Position numbers and translations under genes: made by a program. 36,756 nt of DNA from Thermoguttaceae bacterium. GTDB taxonomy: Bacteria > Planctomycetota > Planctomycetia > Pirellulales > Thermoguttaceae. Of this stretch, positions 18,284-27,915 are shown in pieces. Numbering within the stretch: position 1 is the stretch's first letter; every line of letters starts with the position of its first letter. The notes under the pieces were generated by a model, which saw only the letters and a program-made list of their open reading frames with translations, did not search any database and was not told where the DNA came from. The DNA is taken from assembly GCA_024653385.1 (NCBI GenBank), contig JANLFZ010000002.1:1-36756 (forward strand). The letters are read 5' to 3'.

Positions 18284-19732
18284 ATGCGCGATCCTGCGGT
18301 CCTCGTGGCCTCGCGGCCTTCGCAAACCAAGATCGTTGCCACGGTCGGCCCGGCCTGCCAGAGCGAGGAGAAACTGGCCGAGCTGATCGAGGCGGGCGTG
18401 GATGTGTTCCGCCTCAACACGGCCCACGGCGACGAGGCGCAGCATCAGGCGCGGCTCGATGCGATTCGCCGCGTCAGCCGCGCGTTGGGTCGGCCCGTGG
18501 CCGTGCTGGTGGACCTGGCCGGGCCGAAGATGCGGCTGGGCGAGTTGCCGGACGGACAACTCCAGCTCGAGCGGGGCCAGACCGTGCGCTTCGTGCGCGG
18601 CCGGCCCCGATCGCCCGGGGATCTCTCGACCACGTACGAGCCGCTGGTCGATGAACTGGTCCCTGGCAACCGGGTGATGTTGGCCGACGGTACCGTAAGC
18701 CTGGTGGTCGAGGAGGTGGGGCGCGACGGCGCGCGGTGCCGCGTGGTCCAGGGAGGGGTGGTGCGCAGCCGCCAAGGGGTGAACTTGCCGGGGGCCAAGC
18801 TCAGCGCGGCCGCGCTGGGCGAGGCCGACTGGCGTTTTGCCGCCTGGGCAGCGCGCCACGAGGTCGATTTTCTCGGCCTAAGCTTCGTGCGCGCCCCCAC
18901 GGAGGTACGCGAGCTGAAGGCGTTCCTGACAGGGCAAGGCGCCTGCGCCCAGGTCGTCGCAAAGATCGAGAAGCCCGAGGCACTGGAGCAACTCGACGAG
19001 ATCGTCGACGCGGCCGACGCGATCATGGTCGCCCGGGGCGACCTCGGCGTGGAGATCGACATCGCCCGGGTAGCCGTCGTGCAAAAGGACATCATCGCCT
19101 TGTGCGCCCGGCGGCACAAGCCGGTGATCATCGCCACCCAGATGCTCGACAGCATGCAGCACGCGCGGATTCCCACGCGGGCCGAGGTGACCGACGTGGC
19201 CAACGCGATTCTCGACGGGGCCGACGCGTGCATGCTGTCGGGCGAGACGGCCATCGGCGAGTATCCCCGCGAGGCGGTCGAGATGATGCACCGCATTGCC
19301 CTGGCGACCGAGTCGGTCTACCGGCACCAGCCGCCCGCCGCGGGCCCCGACTTCTCGACGGCGGCGGTGCATGAGATTGCCGAGGCCGTGGTCCACTCGG
19401 CCGCGCGACTGGCCGCCGAACTGCGCGCGAAGATGGTCGTGGTGGCCAGCGCCTCGGGCACGACGGCCCGAGTCCTCTCGAAGAACCGCACGTTCGTTCC
19501 GACGGTGGGCGTGAGCCAGTCCGAGGCGACGCTGCGGCGCATGTGCCTTTATTGGGGCGTGATTCCCCTACCCGGCGCCCCCGCGCAGGATGGCGCGGCC
19601 TTGTTGCGGTTCGTCACCGAGCGGGGCGTTGCCTCGGGCGCGCTGGCGCCGGGCGACCGGATCGTGCTCGTGGCCGGCACCGGCCTGGCCGTCACGGCCC
19701 ACAATATGATCGTGGTTCACGAGGTCGCCTAG
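18284..19732 (+). CDS. pyk: Pyruvate kinase
   Basis: Motifs: KIVATVGPA, FRLNTAHGD, KIEKPEAL, MVARGDLGVEI, IATQMLDSM and MLSGETAIGEYP. Confidence 0.95.
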   Translation: MRDPAVLVASRPSQTKIVATVGPACQSEEKLAELIEAGVDVFRLNTAHGDEAQHQARLDAIRRVSRALGRPVAVLVDLAGPKMRLGELPDGQLQLERGQTVRFVRGRPRSPGDLSTTYEPLVDELVPGNRVMLADGTVSLVVEEVGRDGARCRVVQGGVVRSRQGVNLPGAKLSAAALGEADWRFAAWAARHEVDFLGLSFVRAPTEVRELKAFLTGQGACAQVVAKIEKPEALEQLDEIVDAADAIMVARGDLGVEIDIARVAVVQKDIIALCARRHKPVIIATQMLDSMQHARIPTRAEVTDVANAILDGADACMLSGETAIGEYPREAVEMMHRIALATESVYRHQPPAAGPDFSTAAVHEIAEAVVHSAARLAAELRAKMVVVASASGTTARVLSKNRTFVPTVGVSQSEATLRRMCLYWGVIPLPGAPAQDGAALLRFVTERGVASGALAPGDRIVLVAGTGLAVTAHNMIVVHEVA

Positions 19733-19736
19733 GCCC

Positions 19737-22700
19737 TCAAGACCACTGATCAGTCACGGTCAGCAGATAGTCGAGGGCCGCCACGGGGTCGGTCAGCTTC
19801 CGATCCCGTCCCGCCGAGTTCGTCCCTGAGGACGGCGGATCGAACGGCCAGAACGCGAGGCAATAGGCGCGGATGTCGTCCAAGAACCCTTTGGCGCCTT
19901 GTGAGTCGAACCGGAACGCACGGTCGAGATCGACGTTGTCGAGCACATCGGCTTCGACCCGAGTGAACCCCGTGAGTACGTGGGTGTGGCCTGGGCCGGC
20001 CAGCCGGCTCCACCGGCTCCGCGCGTAGAGGGTGACTGACCCCTGGGATTCGGTCAGCCATGCCTGATCGCCTTCGCCGCCGGCGTTGGCGGTAGCGAAG
20101 CCGAAGAGTTCGTCGAATCCAACCGCTGCGACCTGCTCGCCGGTGGCTAGCGCCATCCGGCCAGTGTTCGTCGCGCCGTCACCCCAGAACACGTCGTTGC
20201 CGGGTGTGTCATAGAGGTAGGCCCTATCGTTTCCGCCGCGTCCGGCGACCGTCAGATCGGCGGCGACCGACCGGAAACCGACAACCGTGTGGTAGTACTG
20301 CTGTGCATCGAAAAGCACACTCTGGCCGGGCCTGCCGTAGAACGTGTCATCCTGGTCGGAGCCGGCCAACACCGCCCAATCGCCGCCTTGGCCGGAGCCT
20401 CGTCCGGAGGCGACCACGCGATCGAAGCCGACGGCGCGGACTGCGACTCCGGTGCTGAGGACGAGTTGGGCCGTGTTGCTCGCCCCGTTGCCCAGAAACG
20501 AGTCGTCCCCCGAAGTACCGACCAGGTACACCACGTCCTGACCGCTTTCGGCCACAAGATCCACGATCCACACCTCGGAGGCATCGAACCGGTGGACCAG
20601 GCCGTTGACCGTGACCTGGATTGTCGAGCCGAGTTGTTCGAAGCGAAAGACGTCGTTGGCCGCGGTTCCCCGGATCGTTACGCGCCGATCGACCGGCGAG
20701 CCTGCTCGGAGAGCCCCGGCGGAAACGCCGCTCTGACTTGTGGGCGTCCTCCCCGGGGAGGCGGACTCGATTTGGTCGTTTCCGGGCCCGCCCTCGAGGA
20801 TGTCGTTTCCTCCGCGTCCGACGAGCCAGTCGTTGCCCTCTTCGCCGAAGAAGGCATCGTCGCCCAGCGAACCGAACATGTGGTCGTTGCCCGCCCCTCC
20901 GTAAGCGGTGCCGGTGACGCTCGACAACATGGGGAAGATCCAGAAGAGATCATTCCCCTCGCCCAGGTCCACGGTGTAGTGGACTATGGGGGCGCAAAGG
21001 AGAACGCAGTCGTTCCCTGGGCCGGCCTCCACGGTGAGGTCGACCGGCCCAGACGGAATCCCCACGATCATGATGTGATCGTTTTTCCCGTAGGAGCGCA
21101 CCACGACACGTCCCTGCATGCCGGTGAGGTCCACGAAGATGTGGTCGCTCTTGTCGGTGCCCTCGAACACAATGGCTTCGCCTGCCGGCTTCACCGTGAT
21201 CGTCACCGTGGCCACGTTCGACTCCGCCACCCCGTCGCTGGCCCGGTAGGTAAACGTGTCGGTCCCGCTATAGTCCGCCTCCGGCGTGTACGTGAACGAC
21301 CCGTCGGCGCTGAGCACCAGCGTCCCGTGCGAGGGTCCGCGGACCAGCACCGCCGCCAACGCCTCGCCCTCCACCTCCGTGTCGTTGCCCAGCACACCTT
21401 GGCCCAGGGTCGAGTTGTACTGCATCCGGCCGAACAAGGCCGGGTTCTTGTCCTCGGAGTGCTGTTCGAACGACGCATCGAATTGGAGCACCTGGCCCGC
21501 GGCGCCGTACGTCACCTGGTGGACGGTGAACTTCCCCGTGAGGATATTCGAGCCCCGCCCTTCACCCCGCACGTCCAGACCAGGCCGGAAGGCAGCTTGG
21601 AACGGGAACCGCATTGCTCCCAGATACGTCCCTGGCGTGAGCGGCTCTTCGTGAGGTGCGGCAAAATCCAAGTCCCAGTACGTCATGCCGGCGCCCACGT
21701 AGTGGACGCTGATGCCATTGTCGAAATTGCGCTCGATGGAGAAGGTGCCGCTGCTGGTGTCGAAGTCGTAGGTCTTCCCGCCTCCGACGAAGTCGCCGGG
21801 TTGGCTCTGCATGGTCAAGCGGGTCACACCCGCCGCGGCCACGACAAGGGTCTGGTCCTCGTCGACCTGGTAGCGGTCGTCCTGAGCGGTGGGCGGGTCG
21901 TTCACCGGCTTCACCTCGATGGTGGCCGTGGTCACGTCGCTGTCGAGGGCGCCGTCGTTGGCCCGGTACGTGAAGCTGTCGGTGCCACAGAAATTGGGCT
22001 CGGGCGTGTAGGTGAACGTGCCGTCGGCGTTGAGGGTCACCATGCCGTGGGCCGGGCCGCCGACCAGGGTGGCTGTCAAGGGGCTTCCTTCCACGTCATG
22101 GTCGTTGGCCAAGACGCCCGCCTTCTCGGTCGGCTGCATGTAGGTTCGGAAGCGGAGGTCGTAGGACGGCTCGACCGCGTCGCTTAGGCGCGTGCCGTTT
22201 TTCCATAGATCGCCGGGATAGTAGGTCGCCGCGCCCGCCGCATTATACCCGCAAGCCGCAAGATAAACCGGCTTGCCACCCGACCCGACGGCGCCGATGG
22301 TGAAGTAGTCGCCTGCCGTCAGGTCGATGACCGCCGACGAAACGTCGATCGTCATCCAGCCCACCATGTCGGCTGGGATCGTCACCGAGGCAGTGAACTC
22401 GGGCGCGTCGGCCTGCCACGCCGTCCCCTTGTTGACGAAGAAGTCAAGCACGGCGCCCGGCTCGGTGGCCGGGCTTACATACACGTCGACCGCCGTCAGT
22501 CGCCCCGTGACCCACGACATGACCTGCTGCTGCCACGTGGTGTCGGTTTCCGACACGTTGAACTCGGTACTACGCTCGACCTGCTTCTGGTCCACGCCGC
22601 TGCTGGCCGCCGATACCGCCAGCGTCGCGTCTTCCTGGGCGAAAAACAGATCGGCCGTGGCAAAGGGCTTGTCGTTGACCGGGTTGATGGTGATCGTCAC

Positions 22701-24329
22701 CGTGCCGGTGTCCGTGTGGCCCTGGCCGTCCGTGACCTCGTAAACGAAGGTGTCCGTACCCGAGTAGTGGGACGTGGGCACGTAGAAGAACGACCCGTCC
22801 GCGCGCAGCACGAACGCCCGGGCGTGGCTTGGTGGCGTGACGGGCGTGGTGTTCACGCTGAGCAGGTCACCGTCGGGATCGGAGTCGTTGCCCAGCACCC
22901 CCGGCTTGACCACGTTGAGAATGCCGTCTTCGTCCATGGTGTACGTGTCGTCGGTGGCGACCGGCGGGCCGTTGCCAAGCAACTCGAACGCCCCGATGTC
23001 GGCTTCGGCACCTTGCGGTCGTGGCACGCCCCGCTGGTCGGTGGCGGGCGCGGCGGCGCTGTTGGCCGCGTCGATGGCCGGGCTCCCCGGCAGAAGGGCG
23101 TGAGTCTGTGTCGGGCCTCCGTTGTCGGCCAGAGGACCAAGAAGAGGATCCACGCCGAGCAAATCGCCCGCCGCGCCGAACCCGCTGCTCCCCGCAGTGT
23201 TGCCCACCAGGTTGTGCCCGCGGCTCGTCACCGCGCTGCGCACGTCGGGGCCGCTGACATCGGCCCGGTTGTTTGCAATGATCGTGTTCTCCAAGAACTC
23301 GGTTTTTTGGGCGTCGATTCCGCCGCCCCACCGGCCGACGTTGTTGACGATGGTGCTGTTGAGCACGTCGAGCGTGCCATAGTTGATGATTCCCCCGCCG
23401 AAGATCGACGTGTTGCCCGAGACCGTGCTGTTAACGAGGTTCAGTGTTCCGTCTGACTGGTTATTAATAGCTCCACCGTTACCTTGTCCATCGACCTCGG
23501 CTCGGTTTCCCGTGAAGGTCGAGTTCTCGATAGTCATCCTCTGGTGGTTGTAGATGGCGCCGCCCCCCGACGCCGAGTTGCCGACGAACGCCGTGTTGCG
23601 GATCGTGGTCGTCGCCCCCGATCCGCCGACGTAGATCGCGCCGCCGGCGTTGCTGGCGCTGTTGTTCTCAAAGCGGCTGTCGAGAATGGTCAGCGTGCCG
23701 TTATTGGAGATCGCGCCTCCCAGGCCATAGACACTGCCGGTCGTGGCGCGTGGCGCCGAATTGCCGCTCAGCACGCAAGACGTGATCGTCACGGTGCTGA
23801 AGGAGTCGATGCGCAAGGCTCCTCCATAGTCTTCGCGCGTTATGGTGGAGCCACTGCCAATGGCGCGCCCTCCGGTGATTGTCAAGCCCGTCAGAGCGAA
23901 CTCCACGCTCTGAAGGACATCGAACACGCGGTCGCGCGACGTCAGCGAGGAGGCGTCGATGATGGTCACGGCGGCGCCGACCCCGACGATTTCCAAGTCG
24001 CTGCGGATGTCGAGATCCCCATGAAGTCCCTCGTCTTCGTTCCATCCGTCGAGCGTGAGCCGATAGGTGCCGGCGGGCACTTGCACGGTGTCGGCGCCCG
24101 CCAAGGCGTTGGCCTCCATGATGGCCGCGCGCAACGTGGTTCTGCCCGCAGCGTCGGCAGCCAGCCCATCGCCCGGGTTGGCGTCCCACGTGTCGAGCGG
24201 ACTGTTCACGGTGAAGATGCTCAACAGGCTCCGATCTTCGAGCCATTCGACGCGCAAAGGCCGACCCTTGAACAAGCGTCGGCGCGCACAACCCAAACGA
24301 TGACGGTTTGCATTGCCACGCGACCTCAT
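19737..24329 (-). CDS. Giant secreted or surface protein (1530 aa): 'LEDRSLLS' N-terminal motif, right-handed beta-helix region, three cadherin-like modules, RTX-type GGxGxD repeats and C-terminal repeat modules
   Basis: ATG at 24329 in ORF 19737..24680 (alternative at 24419). VEWLEDRSLLS falls at nt 24219-24251. GGAI/GGGI-containing beta-helix rungs run to about residue 450. Modules with DEDxxL...GVLxNDxDxxGxxL...DGSFTYTP...GTDxFTY...VNDxP. YGGAGNDHMFGSLGDDAFFGEEGNDWLVGRGGNDILEGGPGNDQI falls at about nt 20769-20909. Confidence 0.85.
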   Translation of the reverse strand: MRSRGNANRHRLGCARRRLFKGRPLRVEWLEDRSLLSIFTVNSPLDTWDANPGDGLAADAAGRTTLRAAIMEANALAGADTVQVPAGTYRLTLDGWNEDEGLHGDLDIRSDLEIVGVGAAVTIIDASSLTSRDRVFDVLQSVEFALTGLTITGGRAIGSGSTITREDYGGALRIDSFSTVTITSCVLSGNSAPRATTGSVYGLGGAISNNGTLTILDSRFENNSASNAGGAIYVGGSGATTTIRNTAFVGNSASGGGAIYNHQRMTIENSTFTGNRAEVDGQGNGGAINNQSDGTLNLVNSTVSGNTSIFGGGIINYGTLDVLNSTIVNNVGRWGGGIDAQKTEFLENTIIANNRADVSGPDVRSAVTSRGHNLVGNTAGSSGFGAAGDLLGVDPLLGPLADNGGPTQTHALLPGSPAIDAANSAAAPATDQRGVPRPQGAEADIGAFELLGNGPPVATDDTYTMDEDGILNVVKPGVLGNDSDPDGDLLSVNTTPVTPPSHARAFVLRADGSFFYVPTSHYSGTDTFVYEVTDGQGHTDTGTVTITINPVNDKPFATADLFFAQEDATLAVSAASSGVDQKQVERSTEFNVSETDTTWQQQVMSWVTGRLTAVDVYVSPATEPGAVLDFFVNKGTAWQADAPEFTASVTIPADMVGWMTIDVSSAVIDLTAGDYFTIGAVGSGGKPVYLAACGYNAAGAATYYPGDLWKNGTRLSDAVEPSYDLRFRTYMQPTEKAGVLANDHDVEGSPLTATLVGGPAHGMVTLNADGTFTYTPEPNFCGTDSFTYRANDGALDSDVTTATIEVKPVNDPPTAQDDRYQVDEDQTLVVAAAGVTRLTMQSQPGDFVGGGKTYDFDTSSGTFSIERNFDNGISVHYVGAGMTYWDLDFAAPHEEPLTPGTYLGAMRFPFQAAFRPGLDVRGEGRGSNILTGKFTVHQVTYGAAGQVLQFDASFEQHSEDKNPALFGRMQYNSTLGQGVLGNDTEVEGEALAAVLVRGPSHGTLVLSADGSFTYTPEADYSGTDTFTYRASDGVAESNVATVTITVKPAGEAIVFEGTDKSDHIFVDLTGMQGRVVVRSYGKNDHIMIVGIPSGPVDLTVEAGPGNDCVLLCAPIVHYTVDLGEGNDLFWIFPMLSSVTGTAYGGAGNDHMFGSLGDDAFFGEEGNDWLVGRGGNDILEGGPGNDQIESASPGRTPTSQSGVSAGALRAGSPVDRRVTIRGTAANDVFRFEQLGSTIQVTVNGLVHRFDASEVWIVDLVAESGQDVVYLVGTSGDDSFLGNGASNTAQLVLSTGVAVRAVGFDRVVASGRGSGQGGDWAVLAGSDQDDTFYGRPGQSVLFDAQQYYHTVVGFRSVAADLTVAGRGGNDRAYLYDTPGNDVFWGDGATNTGRMALATGEQVAAVGFDELFGFATANAGGEGDQAWLTESQGSVTLYARSRWSRLAGPGHTHVLTGFTRVEADVLDNVDLDRAFRFDSQGAKGFLDDIRAYCLAFWPFDPPSSGTNSAGRDRKLTDPVAALDYLLTVTDQWS

Positions 24330-24532
24330 GGCAGACACCTTATTCCCCGAGCGCAGGTACGTGAAGAGAAGGCCCCCTACTGCCGCAACGATCCGATGCA
24401 CTAATGAAGGCGCCGGCATCCGTACGTCAATACCTCTGTGTGGGGAGGCGAAGAGTTTTGCGCGCCTTTTCGCTGCCGCGAACTGCCGTTGCGGCATCTC
24501 GCAGCCGGTTCGACCTTCTGGTTTTCGAGAGT

Positions 24533-25423
24533 ATGTGGTACGATGCCCCCGCGGTCGGTCCGTTGCGTTGCAAGGACGGGGTGATTGTGCCTTCCAAGAG
24601 TGGTTTACGGCTGGACAACCTGACGGCTTTGGCATGCTGGGCGAGTCTCGCGTGCGGCGGATGCGCGATTTCGGGGGCATCGAAGGCAGCGCTGCCGGTA
24701 CAGCACACGGTGGTCCGCGAGCAGCTTGTCGTGCATAGCGATTTCCCCATCCCCGCCAACCATCGGCTGCTTGAAGAACTGACCGCCCGGCGGCGCGACC
24801 TCCAGCAGCTTCTGGGGCTGCCGATGTCGGACGAGCCGATTCACGTGTACCTGTTCGACAGCCCGGTGCGGTTCGACGAGTTCGTGCGCCTGGACCACCC
24901 TGGTTTTCCGCGGCGCCGGGCGTTCTTTCTCGAGACCGACACGAGGCTTCAGGTTTACGCGCAATGGGGCGATCGCGTGGCCGAGGACCTCCGCCACGAG
25001 GTGACGCACGGGTACCTGCACTCGGTTGTGCCCAACCTGCCCTTGTGGCTGGACGAAGGGCTGGCCGAGTACTGCGAGGTTCCGCGCGGTCATCGGGGAC
25101 TCGTGTGGGCGCACCTTGAACTGCTTCTCGACAGGATCAACCACTCGGGTTGGCGGCCGGACCTGCCGCGCTTGGAACGAATCGACCCGGCACGCGACAT
25201 GACTCAGGAAGATTACGCCGAGGCCTGGGCGTGGGTCCATTTCTTATTGGAGAGCGGCCCGGAGCCGCGCGCGATCGTGCGCGAATACCTCGGCGAGTTG
25301 CGTCGCGACGGCACGGCCAAGCCCGTGTCGGCACGGCTGCGGGAACGTTGGGACCGGCCCGACGAGGCGCTTATGGCGCATCTCGGGACGCTGGCCGCGG
25401 AAACACGGGCGGTGGGGAAGTAG
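24533..25423 (+). CDS. Putative MA-clan (gluzincin) metallopeptidase, DUF1570-like
   Basis: HEVTH followed 18 residues later by WLDEGLAEY, the HExxH...E pattern of M1-like peptidases. A hydrophobic N-terminal segment LTALACWASLACGGCAISGA suggests export. The start is uncertain: ATG at 24533, or a downstream GTG. Confidence 0.65.
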   Translation: MWYDAPAVGPLRCKDGVIVPSKSGLRLDNLTALACWASLACGGCAISGASKAALPVQHTVVREQLVVHSDFPIPANHRLLEELTARRRDLQQLLGLPMSDEPIHVYLFDSPVRFDEFVRLDHPGFPRRRAFFLETDTRLQVYAQWGDRVAEDLRHEVTHGYLHSVVPNLPLWLDEGLAEYCEVPRGHRGLVWAHLELLLDRINHSGWRPDLPRLERIDPARDMTQEDYAEAWAWVHFLLESGPEPRAIVREYLGELRRDGTAKPVSARLRERWDRPDEALMAHLGTLAAETRAVGK

Positions 25424-25457
25424 AAGCCTTTCATCGGTCGACACGAGGGTACTTGCC

Positions 25458-26420
25458 ATGCGTCGAATAGAACTGGGGTTTGTAGGTCGCCTCGGCACGC
25501 AGGCGCCGACAACGCTGGTGCTGGTGGCGATCGCCGCGCTACCCGCGATGGCCGCGGAGACGGGCGTGTCGAAGCCCGAGCGGATCGCGCTTTGGCCTGA
25601 ATTGGCCCCGGTGGGCGACGGCACGCACGAGGCCGCCAATGCGTACCTCACCGTTTACCGCGCGGCGCCGGAAAAGGCCGACGGCGCGGCGGTGGTGATC
25701 TGTCCTGGCGGCGGGTACGGCACGTTGGTGGTCGGGCCCGAGGGACACGGCATTGCCCAATGGCTCGTCGGACACGGCATTGCCGGGCTGGTGCTCGAAT
25801 ACCGGCTGCCGCGCGGCCGACCGATGGTCCCCCTGCTCGATGCCCAGCGGGCCCTGCGCACGGCCCGCTCGCGGGCCAGGCAGTGGAACCTCGACCCGGC
25901 GCGCATCGGCATCATGGGCTTCTCGGCGGGCGGGCACCTGGCCTCGACGGCCGGCACCCACTTCGACCAGGGCGACGCCCACGCGGCGGACCCGGTCGAT
26001 CGGGCGAGCTGCCGGCCCGACTTCATGATCCTCGTCTACCCCGTCATCACGATGGACCGAACGACCCACGGCGGGTCGCGGGCCAACCTGCTCGGCCCGA
26101 ATCCGACCCCCGACTGGATCCGGCGGTTTTCGAACGAGACTCAGGTGACCGACCAGACGCCCCCGGCGTTCTTGGCCCACGCCAAGGACGACAAGGCCGT
26201 GTCGCCCGACAATAGCCGTCGCTTCTACGAAGCGCTTCGGTCGCACCGTGTTGCGGCCGAATACCTGGAGTTGCCCGAGGGTGGTCACGGCCTGAACGGC
26301 TATAAGGGGCCGATGTGGACGGCATGGCAAACCGCGGCCCTGCGTTGGCTGGAAAGCCAGAAACTGATCGGTAAGGCGCCGCCCCCGCCGCGCGGCGGTG
26401 CCGGTGCCCCCGTGCCTTGA
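25458..26420 (+). CDS. Exported alpha/beta-hydrolase esterase
   Basis: Signal peptide ...VAIAALPAMAAE. Also PGGGYG, the nucleophile elbow GFSAGGHLA, AKDDKAV, and a GGHG C-terminal His. Confidence 0.8.
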   Translation: MRRIELGFVGRLGTQAPTTLVLVAIAALPAMAAETGVSKPERIALWPELAPVGDGTHEAANAYLTVYRAAPEKADGAAVVICPGGGYGTLVVGPEGHGIAQWLVGHGIAGLVLEYRLPRGRPMVPLLDAQRALRTARSRARQWNLDPARIGIMGFSAGGHLASTAGTHFDQGDAHAADPVDRASCRPDFMILVYPVITMDRTTHGGSRANLLGPNPTPDWIRRFSNETQVTDQTPPAFLAHAKDDKAVSPDNSRRFYEALRSHRVAAEYLELPEGGHGLNGYKGPMWTAWQTAALRWLESQKLIGKAPPPPRGGAGAPVP

Positions 26421-26483
26421 CAGCAGAGCATAGGACAACTATTCTGCCGGGCGACGAGGGAAGGACCGAGGAGGTTGTCGAGC

Positions 26484-27830
26484 ATGCGTTGGTTGCCCCG
26501 TGCATTGTTGGGTGCTGCTGTCGTCGGAGTCATTGCGCTTTGGATCTCGCCCGTTTTCGCCGCCGCGGTGAGCCTTGAACCGGCGGGCGACTGGCGCGTG
26601 AAAGTGACCGTGCCCGCCGAGGGAGACAAGCCAGGCGCCACGGCGACGATCGACGTGCCGGGCCCGACCCTTGTCACCGTGACCGCCGAGAAGCACGACG
26701 CGTTGCCGGTGTTCCGCGCCGAATCGTGGGGCGGGTGGCAACGGGGCGCGCAACTCCGCGGGGTCGTGGCCGAGGAATGCACCACCCCCGATTTGCTCGA
26801 GCCCACCAGCCTGGAGGTCCGCGAGGGTCCCGAGCCCGCTTCCCGGCTTTTCGAACGCGACAAGGATTACGCGGCCGATCTGCGCTGGGGGAGCATCGGC
26901 CGGTTGCCCAACGGCCGGATCGGCGAACGGCAGCCGGTCTACGTGAGCTACCGCCACGCGATGCTTCGCCTCGACTCGATCGTGCGTGATGCGGCGGGCA
27001 AGATCGTGTTGCGCCCGGGAACGCCCAAGGCGGCCGCCCCGCTGCCCGCGGCGCTTCAGCCCGGCGATCGGCGGCTGGGCAACATCTGGGTCGCGGGCCG
27101 GCTGGCTAAACTGGGGCCGGAGCATCTCTTTCCGATCCTGGAGGAGTTTTACCCCGAACCCCCCAAGTCATCCCCAACGCCTGCCGAGAAGCTCCTGCCC
27201 AAGACGATGCGGAAACTTCAGGAAGGCCAGCCGTTGCGGATCCTCGCGTGGGGCGACAGCGTGACGGTCGGAACCTACCTGCCCGAGCCCGAACGCTGGC
27301 AGGCCCAATTCGTCGCGAGGCTTCGCCAGCGTTTCCCCAAGGCCCAGATCGAGCTGATTACCGAAGCGTGGGGTGGCCGGAACACGGCCAGCTATCTGGC
27401 CGAGCCGGCCGGCAGTCCGCACAACTACCAGGAGAAGGTGCTCGGCTCGAAGCCCGATCTGGTCGTCTCCGAGTTCGTCAACGACGCGGGACTGACCTCT
27501 GCCCAGGTCGAAGAGCGGTACGGCAAGCTGCGGGCCGACTTCCAGGCGATCGGCGCCGAGTGGATCATCCTCACGCCGCACTATGTGCGTCCCGACTGGA
27601 TGGGCCTCAGCCGCGAACGCGAAATCGACGACGATCCTCGGCCGTACGTCTCGGGGCTGCGGCAGTTCGCGGCCAAACACTCCGTCGCGCTGGCCGACGC
27701 TTCGCTTCGTTACGGCCGGCTGTGGCGCCAGGGCATTCCCTACACCACGCTGATGGTCAACTCGATCAACCACCCCGACGCCCGCGGCATGAAGCTCTTT
27801 GCCGACAGCCTGATGGCCCTTTTTCCCTAG
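26484..27830 (+). CDS. SGNH/GDSL-family hydrolase with an N-terminal domain of about 230 aa of unknown function
   Basis: ATG at 26484, 9 nt after GAGGAGG (26468-26474); the track start at 26475 is a TTG. SGNH blocks: AWGDSVTVG, EAWGGRN, EFVNDAG and SINHPDARG. Signal peptide present. Confidence 0.8.
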   Translation: MRWLPRALLGAAVVGVIALWISPVFAAAVSLEPAGDWRVKVTVPAEGDKPGATATIDVPGPTLVTVTAEKHDALPVFRAESWGGWQRGAQLRGVVAEECTTPDLLEPTSLEVREGPEPASRLFERDKDYAADLRWGSIGRLPNGRIGERQPVYVSYRHAMLRLDSIVRDAAGKIVLRPGTPKAAAPLPAALQPGDRRLGNIWVAGRLAKLGPEHLFPILEEFYPEPPKSSPTPAEKLLPKTMRKLQEGQPLRILAWGDSVTVGTYLPEPERWQAQFVARLRQRFPKAQIELITEAWGGRNTASYLAEPAGSPHNYQEKVLGSKPDLVVSEFVNDAGLTSAQVEERYGKLRADFQAIGAEWIILTPHYVRPDWMGLSREREIDDDPRPYVSGLRQFAAKHSVALADASLRYGRLWRQGIPYTTLMVNSINHPDARGMKLFADSLMALFP

Positions 27831-27915
27831 TGGGCCCGGCTCCGGATCGGCTTTGCCGCGAATCGTCCATTCTTCGATACGAAACCGGCATGTCCAGACC
27901 AGGGAGAACCGAACC

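Noticed and set aside
17252-18859. 535-aa minus-strand ORF spanning recA and pyk
   Set aside because: It crosses an intergenic region and two unambiguous plus-strand genes. This is an antisense shadow.
20289-22187. 632-aa plus-strand ORF inside the giant surface-protein gene
   Set aside because: The minus strand shows coherent repeat and domain structure (cadherin-like modules, RTX repeats). The plus-strand product is V/R/G/A-rich without motifs.
24330-24680. Upstream in-frame extension of the giant ORF (117 extra codons, alternative Met at 24419)
   Set aside because: The extension is basic and low-complexity and overlaps the divergent promoter and the 5' end of the neighbouring ORF. A start at 24329 places the LEDRSLLS motif about 30 residues from the N-terminus, as is usual for this protein class. 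The Met at 24419 cannot be fully excluded.
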